Of a DNA stretch of 64,000 nt, positions 1-9,423 are shown in pieces. The notes beneath the pieces are model-generated. The model worked only from the letters and a program-made list of their open reading frames with translations, made no database searches and was not told the DNA's origin. The stretch spans positions 704,001-768,000 of the forward strand of contig OZ223481.1 of NCBI GenBank assembly GCA_965140785.1, written 5' to 3'. Position 1 is the stretch's first letter, and every line of letters starts with the position of its first letter. The DNA is from an uncultured Ruficoccus sp. Lineage in GTDB: Bacteria; Verrucomicrobiota; Verrucomicrobiia; Opitutales; Cerasicoccaceae. A program made the translations under genes and the position numbers.

Positions 1-47
1 GACCCCCATCCCGATCCGGAGGATCGAGGGTGCAGGGCATGCCCTGT

Positions 48-737
48 CTAGAAGAGTTTGCCGGGGCGGGGTTTGAGCGGGAATCGGCCCAGCCAGAACT
101 GGATCAAGAGGAAGCCGAAGACCATGCCGCCGAGGTGAGCGAAGTGGGCCACGTTGCGCATGGTACCGGTCAAGCCCATGATCAGCTCCACCGCGCCGTA
201 GCCGATCACGAACCACCGCGCTTCTACCGGGAAGGCGATGAAGATCAGTTTCTGGCGGGGGAACATCATCCCGTAGGCCAGCAGCAGGCCGAAGACCCCG
301 CCCGAGGCCCCGATGGTCGGGTAGCCCTTGCCGTAGGAGACGATGAGCTGGGCGATGGCCGCCCCGAAGACGCAGGCGAAGTAGTAGAAAGCGAAACGCT
401 TCGCGCCCCAGACCCGCTCAATGACCGAGCCGAACATCCAGAAGGCGAACATGTTGAAAAACAAGTGCGTGTAACCGCCATGCAGGAAGCTGTAGCTGAA
501 CATCTGCCAGGGGGCGAAGGGCGGCGTGTGGGAGACCATCAGTTGCCCGGCGTTGATGAAGACGATCTTATTCGTCAGTGGCCACAGGGCGAAAAGCTTC
601 ATCAGGATGCCCTTCACCTGCGGGAGCTGCTGAAGCAAAAAAACGGCGACATTGGCCACCAGCAGGGCTTTCACCACGGGGGGAAAGCGGGAAAAGTTGG
701 CGGGCCGGGATTCGTAATGGTAGGTCGTCTGGGTCAT
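48..737 (-). CDS. Rhomboid family intramembrane serine protease
   Basis: HLFFNM, GASGG (catalytic Ser) and AHFAHLGG motifs; multiple TM helices. Confidence 0.93.
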   Translation of the reverse strand: MTQTTYHYESRPANFSRFPPVVKALLVANVAVFLLQQLPQVKGILMKLFALWPLTNKIVFINAGQLMVSHTPPFAPWQMFSYSFLHGGYTHLFFNMFAFWMFGSVIERVWGAKRFAFYYFACVFGAAIAQLIVSYGKGYPTIGASGGVFGLLLAYGMMFPRQKLIFIAFPVEARWFVIGYGAVELIMGLTGTMRNVAHFAHLGGMVFGFLLIQFWLGRFPLKPRPGKLF

Positions 738-824
738 TAAAAGTTATCGGTACTGGATGTCCGGCGAGGCCCAAAGGTTCCATCAGCCGGCGATACAGCC
801 GACCCTGGCAGTGCGCCGGACACG

Positions 825-1558
825 TTAAGTCCGGGCGTCTTTGCCCTCCCCATACCCCCATTTCGTACCGGGGTAGGCCGAAAGCGCAAACACAATGGTG
901 GAAATAGTTACCGCCAGGCTGACAATCGCCCAGGTTTGTTCGTGGCCGGGGTACTCGATCAGGACCAGCGTAGCATAAAATAAAGCGGCCACCCCGATCG
1001 GGCCGAACCAACCGGCGAAGATCGCGTCCCGGCGCGAGAATTCCGGGATGGCGGGCCGGAGCACGAGCAGGGCGGGCAGGCGACGCAGGATGATCATGAT
1101 CGGCAGGCCGAGCCACAGGGCGGCGGGCTGGCTCTGGATGAGCCCGGCCCAGTCGGCCCAGGGCAGCATCGTGCCCAACAGCACGAACACCGGCACGATG
1201 AACAGCCGCTCCATCATGGATTGAACCCCGTGGCCAGCGCGCACATCAGCAGCATGCCGCCGCCGGTCAGGCTGAGGAAGCCCCGCAGGTGCCGCCGCAG
1301 GAAGCCGGGTGGCACGCGCATGGCCGCCGCCATCAGGGCCAGGCCGATACTGAAGCGGGCAGTCTGGTGCAGGATCCGGTACGGGTGCTCCCAGCTTAAC
1401 GGCTCAGCCCAGCCGAGCAGTTGGGGGCCGATCAGGACGCCGGCCAGAAGCGCGATCAGGGGCTCCGACAGGAGGGAGACCTCGAGGGCTCGTTTTATCA
1501 GACCCAGGCTGAGCAGTAGCAGGGCGGCACAGGCGAGTATGATGTTGATTTCATGCAT
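825..1558 (-). pseudogene. CPA1/NhaP-type cation:proton antiporter, internally deleted and frameshifted
   Basis: N-terminal ORF 1214..1558 (LSEPLIALLAGVLIGP) and C-terminal ORF 825..1244 (RRLP...GWFGPIGVAALFY) join out of frame near 1225; the central TPTDP/ESGxNDG region is absent; about 245 codons in total versus about 400 expected. Confidence 0.75.
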
Positions 1559-1605
1559 GAAGCGTCGGCGTGGCAGGCGGGCGGACGCAACGAGCCGTTA
1601 GTTTA

Positions 1606-1621
1606 AGCGCAAGTCATGCCT
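1606..1621 (-). promoter_or_regulatory. Possible sigma54 -24/-12 promoter
   Basis: Minus strand AGGCATGACTTGCGCT has GG-N10-GC spacing, about 50 bp upstream of the antiporter start. Confidence 0.35.
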
Positions 1622-1637
1622 CCATCAACCCCGCGGC

Positions 1638-1841
1638 TCAGTAATGCGGGGGCTTTTCCTGGGCGGGCAGGCTCTTGTCGTCGAGCCCGTCCACGCGGCC
1701 TTTGAGCGCCTTGAACTCGCGCATAATCAGGGCCAGCCGCTCGGCCTGCTTGAGCATCTCGCGGTCCTGCTGCTCCAGGTGGCGTTCGAGATGGGCGATG
1801 CGGGCCTCCAGGTCGTGAAACCGTTCGTGGTCGGTGGACAT
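1638..1841 (-). CDS. slyX: SlyX family protein
   Basis: LEARIAHLE coiled coil and C-terminal EKPPHY; start trimmed to ATG at 1841. Confidence 0.88.
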   Translation of the reverse strand: MSTDHERFHDLEARIAHLERHLEQQDREMLKQAERLALIMREFKALKGRVDGLDDKSLPAQEKPPHY

Positions 1842-2024
1842 GGCACGCATCCTTGGACTTGGCATGTCCGTTGGCAACGTCACAGATAAGGATGTGACAA
1901 AATTGCTCGTGTCTTTTGGGGTGTCCCGTTGTTAGGTTTTGCGTGTGTCAATTTGGCCCACTGTTCGGCGGGTCTTTAATTCCACAAAAGGCTAATAATC
2001 AATGACCAATGACAAAAATTCCGT

Positions 2025-2042
2025 CTGGCATTCGGTATGCAA
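2025..2042 (+). promoter_or_regulatory. sigma54 -24/-12 promoter of the hsp20 pair
   Basis: CTGGCATTCGGTATGCAA matches TGGCA-N-TGC with exact GG-N10-GC spacing, about 50 bp before the ATG; SD AAGGAGG follows. Confidence 0.7.
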
Positions 2043-2090
2043 TAGAAGGAGCGTTCACCAACTTTAACCTGAAAAGGAGGAATACACACC

Positions 2091-2510
2091 ATGAACTTCA
2101 TTACCCGTTATAATCCGTTCAACGAAGCGTTCCGTGAATTCGATCGCCTGTTTGACCTGAGCCTGCCGCGCAGCGGTGTGTGGGGCCGGGCGTTGGAGAG
2201 CGGACCCTTCAGCAATGCGCCGGCGACCGATTTCTATGAAGACCCCGACCACTACTACGTGAAAGCCGAACTGCCCGGTGTGAAAAAGGGCGACGTGAAG
2301 CTCGAGTTCGACAGCAACATGCTGACCCTCTCAGCCACCCGCACGCACAAGCAGGGCGAGAGCGAAGAAAGCTTCAGCTTCAACCGCACGGTCCGCGTGC
2401 CCGACGGCGTCAACAGCGGCGACATCAAGGCCGCCTTTGCCGACGGCATTCTGACCGTCACACTGCCCAAGGCCGAACAGGCCAAGCCGCGCCAGATCGA
2501 CGTTCACTAA
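2091..2510 (+). CDS. Hsp20/alpha-crystallin small heat shock protein
   Basis: AELPGV and FADGILTVTLPK motifs; strong SD. Confidence 0.95.
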   Translation: MNFITRYNPFNEAFREFDRLFDLSLPRSGVWGRALESGPFSNAPATDFYEDPDHYYVKAELPGVKKGDVKLEFDSNMLTLSATRTHKQGESEESFSFNRTVRVPDGVNSGDIKAAFADGILTVTLPKAEQAKPRQIDVH

Positions 2511-2604
2511 AACAAAAAACTTCCGAGACCGGGCGCTACGTGCGCCCGCCCGATCAACCCAAACCATTTAACCACCAATCACTTAAAAAAGGAGAACCCT
2601 CACC

Positions 2605-2991
2605 ATGAAATGCGATATTGAAAAACGTGAAGACCAGACCCCTGTCCAGACCGCCCAGCGCCAGAGCACCCGCAAGCCCTGGTTCACCACCTCGGAGTCC
2701 GAGGACGGTTACCTGGTCGAGGTCTATGTGCCGGGTGTGAACAAGAGCGGCGTCGAAATCGGCTTCGAAGACGACACCCTCGACATCCGCGCCCACCGGA
2801 CGGACACCCAGACGCCGGAAGGCTGGAAGGCCCTGCGCCGGGAAATCCCCCGTGAGGACTACCACCTGCGCCTGCACCTGAACGTGCCGGTTGACACGGC
2901 CAGGATCCAGGCCCGCGTCGAGGACGGCGTCCTCACGCTTGAGTTGCCCAAGGCCGAAGAAGCCAAGCCGCGCAAGATTTCCGTGAGCTGA
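2605..2991 (+). CDS. Hsp20/alpha-crystallin small heat shock protein (second paralogue)
   Basis: VPGV and DGVLTLELPKAEEAKPRKISV motifs; SD AAGGAG. Confidence 0.95.
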   Translation: MKCDIEKREDQTPVQTAQRQSTRKPWFTTSESEDGYLVEVYVPGVNKSGVEIGFEDDTLDIRAHRTDTQTPEGWKALRREIPREDYHLRLHLNVPVDTARIQARVEDGVLTLELPKAEEAKPRKISVS

Positions 2992-3011
2992 TCACGGGAG
3001 CGGTTTTTTTT
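2979..3011 (+). terminator. Probable intrinsic terminator of the hsp20 operon
   Basis: TTCCGTGA/TCACGGGA stem over the stop codon, followed by a T8 tract. Confidence 0.5.
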
Positions 3012-3055
3012 GAGAAAAATTGTGAGTTTAGGCATAGCGAATGGAATAAATCAGG

Positions 3056-3156
3056 AAGGTGCGCGCTCTTACTTTCGTAGCAGACAATCCTAGCAGTAAG
3101 TAAGTAGCAGCACATCAGCGGCCGGGCCCCCTCCAGTGAGGGGGCCCGGTTATTTT
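3056..3156 (+). ncRNA. Candidate small RNA with three TAGCAG repeats
   Basis: Intergenic; TAGCAG at 3078, 3091 and 3105; ends in a strong 12-13 bp hairpin (3121-3150) plus TTATTTT with no + strand gene to terminate. Confidence 0.35.
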
Positions 3157-3356
3157 GCAGGGTTTGCCTGCACCCTGGGTGCTTCGCACCTGGATGAGGC
3201 TCTGCCCCATCGCAGCCAGACGGGCCGCTGCCCCGGGGGGCATGATGAGACCGGATATGAAGGGCTGGCCGGAAGCGGCCACCCGCCGTTACGCGGCCTT
3301 TCGCACGCTCCGCAGCTGACGCGGCCGCTATCGGGGGGGTAGGATCGACGGACCTT

Positions 3357-4001
3357 TTAGCGGCCTTTAGTCCGCCGGAATCTCCGCCAGCTCAGGGTGA
3401 TGAGCAAGGCCCCGGCGGCGAAAGTCGCGGCGTAGGTGGTCGGTTCGGGGACCACTACCTGCTGGTGCCCTTGCCAACGGCCTCCGTCGACGTTGAAAGC
3501 CGCTCCGCTTCCCCAGATCAGGACGAGCCGATCGATACCGCTGAGGTTGAACAAATCGTAATTTTCGTTATAGAAATGCAGGGTGTAGTCGGTCGTCCCG
3601 GTGCTGACCGGGCCCACCGCGTCGCCCACGGAGATCGTTCCGACGTTCAACCAGGGATATTGGCCGTCAAAGCCGGTGCTGTCCACCAGGCTCTCGCCGA
3701 TGTTGAAGTTCGGCTCATCCACGCTGTACGACGACTCGATCACGTAATTGACAAGGTCGTTACTACTGTCCACGGCCGCGATGTAAATCTTGTCGGTCTC
3801 TTCCTTCGGGGGCGTCCCGAACTGATCCCCGATCACGATGCTTCCGGCGCTTATGGTGATGCTCAGGGAGCGGGCGTTAAACTCGTTGATGGTAAAGCTG
3901 ACCTGCGCGTGCACCGCGGTCGCGAAGGCTAACACCCCAAGCAGGAGCGAGGCACGCTTCCAGGTTTTGAAGGAAAGACAATGCGACGGTTTTTGTGGCA
4001 T
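3357..4001 (-). CDS. PEP-CTERM sorting-domain surface protein
   Basis: Signal peptide (AVHA|Q), C-terminal VPEP + TM helix + basic tail RRFRRTKGR. Confidence 0.9.
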   Translation of the reverse strand: MPQKPSHCLSFKTWKRASLLLGVLAFATAVHAQVSFTINEFNARSLSITISAGSIVIGDQFGTPPKEETDKIYIAAVDSSNDLVNYVIESSYSVDEPNFNIGESLVDSTGFDGQYPWLNVGTISVGDAVGPVSTGTTDYTLHFYNENYDLFNLSGIDRLVLIWGSGAAFNVDGGRWQGHQQVVVPEPTTYAATFAAGALLITLSWRRFRRTKGR

Positions 4002-4047
4002 AATGATAAATAAAACTAATAAAGATGATTAAATTTCACAATAATGA

Positions 4048-4062
4048 GCAATTCACTTGCAA
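4048..4062 (-). promoter_or_regulatory. Putative metal-regulator operator (copy 1)
   Basis: GCAATTCACTTGCAA, 14/15 identical to the site upstream of znuA; GCAA-N5-TTGC dyad. Confidence 0.5.
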
Positions 4063-4173
4063 AGACTAGCCTAAAAGAGTGGGGCCGCAGGATTTAGCTG
4101 CCGGTCACAAATCGCTCGCCCCCCGTCATTCGGGCTTGTCGCGGGGGCGGCGGTGGTTTGCGCTGGGGCTTTT

Positions 4174-6705
4174 ATGGCGAGAACCCACTTACCGATCGAA
4201 GAACTGCGGGCGGACCTGGCCGCGGCTTTGCGCGCGGGCAACCGCGCGGTGCTCTCGGCGCCGACCGGTTCGGGCAAGTCCACCCAGGTGCCCCAGATGT
4301 TGATCGACGAGGGGCTGGTGCCGGAAGGGCGCGAGGTCATCGTCCTGCAACCGCGGCGGCTGGCCGCCCGCATGCTGGCCCGGCGCGTGGCCGAGGAGCG
4401 CGGGGTGCAGCTGGGCGGCGAGGTCGGCTTTCACATCCGGTTCGACCGGGTGTTCGGGGCGGACACGCGAATCAAGTTCGTGACCGAGGGCATCCTGCTG
4501 CGCATGATGCTGAGCGACCCCGAGCTCAAGAGCGTGGGCGCGGTTGTCTTTGACGAGTTTCACGAGCGTCACCTGCACGGTGACCTCGGCATCGCCATGG
4601 TGCGGCAGCTTCAGGAAAAATCCCGTCCCGACCTGCACATGGTTGTCATGTCGGCCACCCTGGAGACCGGCCAGCTCTCCGGGTACCTGGGCGACTGTCC
4701 GATTCTCAAGGCCGAGGGGCGGCTCTTCCCCATCGAGGTCCAGTACGCCGGTTCCGGCGGGGACGCGCCCGTGTGGGAACGCGCGGCCCAGCAGACGGCG
4801 AAGCTGATGCAGGATTTGCCGGAGGGGGATGTTTTGATTTTCATGCCCGGGGCCTACGAGATCCGCCGCACAGTGGAGGAGCTTCAGAGCACCCGTTCGC
4901 TGCGGGAGTGCGTGGTCCTGCCCCTGCACGGTGAGCTGCCCCCGACCGAGCAGGACGCCGCCGTGGCCCGCTATGACAAGCGTAAGATCGTGGTCGCGAC
5001 CAATGTGGCCGAAACTTCGCTCACCATCGACGGCGTCCGGGGCGTGGTCGATGCCGGGCTGGCGCGGGTGGCGCGTTTCGATCCGCACCGGGGCATCAAC
5101 ACGCTTTTGATCGAAAAGATCAGCCAGGCCTCTGCCGAGCAGCGGGCCGGGCGGGCGGGGCGTACCGCGCCGGGCGTTTGCCTGCGGCTGTGGACGCAGA
5201 AGGAGCACGAGCACCGCCCGCCGCGTGAGCTGTCCGAGATTCGCCGGGTCGATCTGGCCGAGACGGTGCTCACCCTCAAGCTGGCCGGTTACGCCGACCT
5301 GGGAGCCTTTCCCTGGTTCGAGCCGCCGGAGGAGAAATCGTTCCGTCGGGCGCTGACGCTGTTGCAGGACCTGGGCGCGCTGGACCACGCGGGCGGGCTG
5401 ACCGAGATGGGCCGCCGGATGGCCTCCTTCCCCATGCACCCGCGCTACGCACGGCTCTTTCTGGCCGCTGACGAGCTGGGCTGCGTCTGGCACGTGGCGG
5501 TGATCGCCGCGCTGGCTCAGGGGCGCAACCTGCTCCTGCCCATCGATAACAAGCGTCGCCGCGAGGAGCGTGAGGACTTGCTGGGCGAAACCGAGTCCGA
5601 CTTTTTCCACCTGCTGCGGGCCTGGGGCATGGCGCGCAAGCAAAACTACAACATGGGCTTCTGCCGCCAGTGGGGGCTTCACGCCGGGGCTGCCCGCGAG
5701 GCCGAGCGCGGCGCCCAGCAGTTTTTACGCCTGGCGAAGGCCCAGGGGTTGACCGTAAACGAAGGCCCCCTTGATGACGAGGCGGTGCGCCGCTGCCTGC
5801 TGCTGGCCTTTTCCGACCAGTTGGCCAAACGGCTCGACCGCGGTACGCTCCGGTGCGACCTCGTGCACGGGCGACGGGGCGAACTGCGCCGCCACAGTGC
5901 GCTGCGTGACGCGCCCCTCTTCGTGGCCGCCGAGATCGACGAGATCGAGGCCCGCGGCGACGTCACGGTTTTCCTCTCGCTGGCCACGGCGGTGGAGGAG
6001 GACTGGCTGCGGGAGTATTTCCCGGAGGACTTCAACGCGAGCGGCGAGACCTTTTACGACGCCGACTTCAAGCGCGTCGAGTGCCGCCGGCTGACGCGCT
6101 TCCGCGACCTCCTGCTCGCCAGCGGCGAGGGTGACGAGCCCGATCCCGACACCGCCGCCCGCCTCCTGGCCGCCGAGATCCACGCCGGGCGTCTCCCGCT
6201 CAAAAGTTGGGACAGCGGCATCGAACGCTGGATCGCGAGGGTGAACTTCGCCGCCGTGCACTGCCCGGAGCTCGATATCGAACCCCTCGACGAAGAGGGC
6301 CGCCTCATGATCCTGGAACAGATCTGCCACGGGGCCGTCAGCGCGAAGGAACTGCGCGAGGTGCAGGCGCGGCCCTACGTGTACGACTGGTTGACGCAGG
6401 AGCAGCGTGCCGCGCTGGAGACGCTTGTGCCCGAGAGCATCGTGCTGCCGCGCCGCCGCCGGTCCGTCACCCTCCGCTACGAGGACGACCGGGCGATTGT
6501 GTCGAGCAAGTTGCAGGACTTTTACGATGTGCCGCACCAGCAGCTTACCATCTGCGCCGGTCGCTACCCGCTGGTGGTCGAGTTACTCGCCCCCAATGGC
6601 CGTCCCGCCCAGCTCACCACCGACCTCGACGCCTTTTGGGAAACCTCCTACGAGGGCGTGAAAAAAGAACTGCGCGGCCGCTACCCCAAGCACGAATGGC
6701 GCTAG
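4174..6705 (+). CDS. hrpB: ATP-dependent DEAH-box helicase HrpB
   Basis: APTGSGKST, DEFHER, MSAT, QRAGRAGR and C-terminal RGRYPKHEW. Confidence 0.96.
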   Translation: MARTHLPIEELRADLAAALRAGNRAVLSAPTGSGKSTQVPQMLIDEGLVPEGREVIVLQPRRLAARMLARRVAEERGVQLGGEVGFHIRFDRVFGADTRIKFVTEGILLRMMLSDPELKSVGAVVFDEFHERHLHGDLGIAMVRQLQEKSRPDLHMVVMSATLETGQLSGYLGDCPILKAEGRLFPIEVQYAGSGGDAPVWERAAQQTAKLMQDLPEGDVLIFMPGAYEIRRTVEELQSTRSLRECVVLPLHGELPPTEQDAAVARYDKRKIVVATNVAETSLTIDGVRGVVDAGLARVARFDPHRGINTLLIEKISQASAEQRAGRAGRTAPGVCLRLWTQKEHEHRPPRELSEIRRVDLAETVLTLKLAGYADLGAFPWFEPPEEKSFRRALTLLQDLGALDHAGGLTEMGRRMASFPMHPRYARLFLAADELGCVWHVAVIAALAQGRNLLLPIDNKRRREEREDLLGETESDFFHLLRAWGMARKQNYNMGFCRQWGLHAGAAREAERGAQQFLRLAKAQGLTVNEGPLDDEAVRRCLLLAFSDQLAKRLDRGTLRCDLVHGRRGELRRHSALRDAPLFVAAEIDEIEARGDVTVFLSLATAVEEDWLREYFPEDFNASGETFYDADFKRVECRRLTRFRDLLLASGEGDEPDPDTAARLLAAEIHAGRLPLKSWDSGIERWIARVNFAAVHCPELDIEPLDEEGRLMILEQICHGAVSAKELREVQARPYVYDWLTQEQRAALETLVPESIVLPRRRRSVTLRYEDDRAIVSSKLQDFYDVPHQQLTICAGRYPLVVELLAPNGRPAQLTTDLDAFWETSYEGVKKELRGRYPKHEWR

Positions 6706-6884
6706 CGGGTGCGTGACCGCACAAGACATTCAGGGGCTCTGCCCCTACGCGTCCAGAAAGGCCGCTAGCCCAAATATGAATGAGGGTGATGTAAATTCGT
6801 AGATTGGAGCGTTCCGGTAGTGAACCAATGAGACCCTCTGGAATTTACAAATTTACGAATCTCTGAATTAATGAACCTTCCTCG

Positions 6885-7703
6885 TCATTGTCCCTGTGGG
6901 CGCAGCAGCCGATAGACCCACGCCAGTAGAAAGCACCCGGTGGCCACCAGCACGATGCAGGCCCCGGAAGAAACGTCGAAGTGGAAGGACAGCAGCAGCC
7001 CGACAAATCCGGCCAGCACGGAGACGGCGGAGGCCAGCGCCATGATGCCCGAGACGCTTTTCATGATCAGGGCGGCGCAGGCGGCGGGGGTGATGAGCAA
7101 GGCGATGGTCAGCAGTGCGCCCACCACCTGCACGGCGGAGACGACGGCGAGCGAGGCCAGCAGCAGCACCAGCAGGCGCATGCGGTTGGGCTCGATCCCG
7201 ATGACGCGGGCGTACTCGGGGTCGAGCGAGGTCAGCTCCAGCTCCTTGTGCCACAGGGCCAGGATGAGGACGATGATCACCGTGACGGTCGCCACCAGCG
7301 CGAGGTCGCCCATGGTCACCCCGAGCACGCTGCCAAAGACGATGGCCTCGAAGTCCCGGTACGAGCTGGCCATGCTCATTAAAAGAATCCCCAGCGCGAA
7401 CATCCCGGCCAGCACGACGCCGATCGCGGTGTCTTCGCGCACGCGCCGGTGGGAGGACAGGACTGCCACGCCGAGCGCGGTGGCCAGGCTCGCTCCGAGC
7501 GCCCCGAAAAACAAATTGAAGCCCTTGAGGAAGGCGAAGGCCACGCCCGGCAGGATCGTGTGCCCGAGCGCCCCGCCGAGGAAGGCCATCCGGCGCAGGA
7601 CCACATAGGTGCCGACCAGAGCACAGTTGAGCCCGGCCAGCAGGACGGCGGCGAGCGCCTTTTGCAGGAAGGCGTAGGAAAACGGTTCGGTCAGCCAGTC
7701 CAT
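6885..7703 (-). CDS. Zn/Mn ABC transporter permease (ZnuB/MntB type)
   Basis: VVLRRMAF..ALGHTILPG motif; ABC-3 membrane topology. Confidence 0.93.
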   Translation of the reverse strand: MDWLTEPFSYAFLQKALAAVLLAGLNCALVGTYVVLRRMAFLGGALGHTILPGVAFAFLKGFNLFFGALGASLATALGVAVLSSHRRVREDTAIGVVLAGMFALGILLMSMASSYRDFEAIVFGSVLGVTMGDLALVATVTVIIVLILALWHKELELTSLDPEYARVIGIEPNRMRLLVLLLASLAVVSAVQVVGALLTIALLITPAACAALIMKSVSGIMALASAVSVLAGFVGLLLSFHFDVSSGACIVLVATGCFLLAWVYRLLRPQGQ

Positions 7704-7705
7704 GG

Positions 7706-8431
7706 TCAGTCGGGGGCGACGCGGCCGTTTTCGAGGGTGAGCACGCGGTCGAAATGATCGATGAAGTGCGCGATGTCATGCGTGGCCATGACGACCGTGC
7801 AGCCGCGTTCGCGCAGGCGGTCCAGCGCCTGCCAGATGAGGCCGCGGCTGGTCTCGTCCACGGCGTTAAAGGGTTCGTCGAGCAGGTAGAGCTCGGCCTG
7901 GTGGAGCAGGGTGCGGGCGAGCAGGGCGCGCTGCTGCTGGCCGCCGGAGAGGCTGCCGATCTGCCGTCTGGAATAGGGACTCAGGCCGAGTTGGTCCACG
8001 GCGGCCTCGGCGGCCTTGCGCTGCTGACGCCCGGGGCGGCGGAACCAGCCCAGGCGCACATAGGTGCCGGTCAGCACGAAGCGGCTCAGGTTGATGGGAA
8101 ATTCCCAGTCCAGGCTGCTGCGCTGGGGCAGGTAGGCGACCTCGTGCCGACAGACACCGGGCCGGTGCCCGAGCACGCGGATTTCCCCTTCATAAGGAAG
8201 CAGGCCAGCCAGACATTTTAAGAGAGTGGACTTGCCGGAGCCGTTGTCGCCGACCAGGGCGATGCGTTCACCGCGCCGGACGGAGAGGGAGACGCCGTCA
8301 AGCGCCGCCGGGCCGGTGGTGGCATAGCTCGCACTCACGCCCCCGAGGTGGATAGCGGTGGCGTCCGGGTAATGGCAGCCCCCGCAATTACCCCGGTAGG
8401 AGAGCAGCCCGCTGGCGATTCCTTTACTCAA
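7706..8431 (-). CDS. Zn/Mn ABC transporter ATP-binding subunit (ZnuC type)
   Basis: GDNGSGKST, LSGGQQQR, LLDEP; probable TTG start at 8431 overlapping the znuA-like stop. Confidence 0.9.
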   Translation of the reverse strand: MSKGIASGLLSYRGNCGGCHYPDATAIHLGGVSASYATTGPAALDGVSLSVRRGERIALVGDNGSGKSTLLKCLAGLLPYEGEIRVLGHRPGVCRHEVAYLPQRSSLDWEFPINLSRFVLTGTYVRLGWFRRPGRQQRKAAEAAVDQLGLSPYSRRQIGSLSGGQQQRALLARTLLHQAELYLLDEPFNAVDETSRGLIWQALDRLRERGCTVVMATHDIAHFIDHFDRVLTLENGRVAPD

Positions 8432-9377
8432 TGTGTCGGCTACTTTGCAGAGAATCGGCGATCGTGTCCACTGTGTAGAGGAAAAGCGATTCATAATCCT
8501 GCGGGCCGTTCACCTCGCGGGCCAGGGAGCCCACGTAAAGGGGTTGGGGAGTGGGCAGGCCGGTTTCGCGGCAGAGCTGTTCGGCCAGGCGGGGATTGGA
8601 GCCGGGGTCGGTGAAGACGGCCCTGACCTGGTCCTGTTTAACCAGCCGAATCAGCCGGGCCATCTGGCGAGCGGAGGGCTCGCCGCTGACGGTGCTGACG
8701 GAGCCCAAAATGGTGGCGGGAATGCGGATGTCGTAGCGCTCGGCGAAGTAGCCCAGATTGTCGTGGTAAGTGATGATGACGCGCTCATCGGAGGGGAGCG
8801 TGGAGAAGCGTTTTATAGCGTACTGGTCGAGCTCCTGAAGGCGTTGCGCCCAGCGTTTTTCATTACGTCGGTAGTCCTCGGCATGGGCGGGGTCGAGCTG
8901 GCAGAGGGCCTCGGTCAGGACTTCGCCCATTTGCCGGACATTATCCGGGTCCATCCAGACGTGGGGATCGTGCTCGCCATGGTCGTGGTGCTCACCGACG
9001 CCGTGGCCGTCGTGGCTGTGTCCATGCTCGTCCTCCTCGGCTTCGTGCAGACTGAGGTGCTCGCTCAGGCTCAGACGGCGTCCCTGAAAGCGGGTGGCGG
9101 CCAACATGTCATCGAGCCAATACTCCAGCCCGGCGCCAATCTCCACCACCAGATCGGCCTCGGCCAGCGTAGCCAGGTCGCGCGGAGCCGCTTCAAAGGC
9201 ATGGATGTCCTGACCGTTTCCGGCCAGCACCGTCAACTCTACCTCGTCACCGGCGATTTGGCGCACCCAGTCGGCGGGCAGGCTGAAGCTGGCCACCACG
9301 CGGAGCTTATCGGCGTGGAGCAGGGTGGTGGAGGCCAGCCCCACCAGGAGCACGGCCAGCATTTTCCAACGTAGCAT
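8424..9377 (-). CDS. Zn/Mn ABC transporter substrate-binding protein (ZnuA type)
   Basis: Signal peptide, DIHAFE, His-rich loop HGHSHDGH...HDPHVW, EPSA. Confidence 0.94.
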   Translation of the reverse strand: MLRWKMLAVLLVGLASTTLLHADKLRVVASFSLPADWVRQIAGDEVELTVLAGNGQDIHAFEAAPRDLATLAEADLVVEIGAGLEYWLDDMLAATRFQGRRLSLSEHLSLHEAEEDEHGHSHDGHGVGEHHDHGEHDPHVWMDPDNVRQMGEVLTEALCQLDPAHAEDYRRNEKRWAQRLQELDQYAIKRFSTLPSDERVIITYHDNLGYFAERYDIRIPATILGSVSTVSGEPSARQMARLIRLVKQDQVRAVFTDPGSNPRLAEQLCRETGLPTPQPLYVGSLAREVNGPQDYESLFLYTVDTIADSLQSSRHIE

Positions 9378-9408
9378 GAGCGCAATCTGCCACGGGAGCC
9401 CGCTAAAC

Positions 9409-9423
9409 GCAATTCATTTGCAA
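9409..9423 (-). promoter_or_regulatory. Putative Zur/Fur-type operator (copy 2)
   Basis: GCAATTCATTTGCAA dyad about 32 bp upstream of the znuA-like start. Confidence 0.55.

Noticed and set aside
6790..6870. Imperfect inverted repeat GTAAATTCGTAGATT / AATTTACAAATTTAC between hrpB and the permease
   Set aside because: Short and degenerate with a single occurrence in the window; cannot be assigned
8372..8386. CxxCH as a c-type heme site
   Set aside because: The protein is a cytoplasmic ATPase with no export signal
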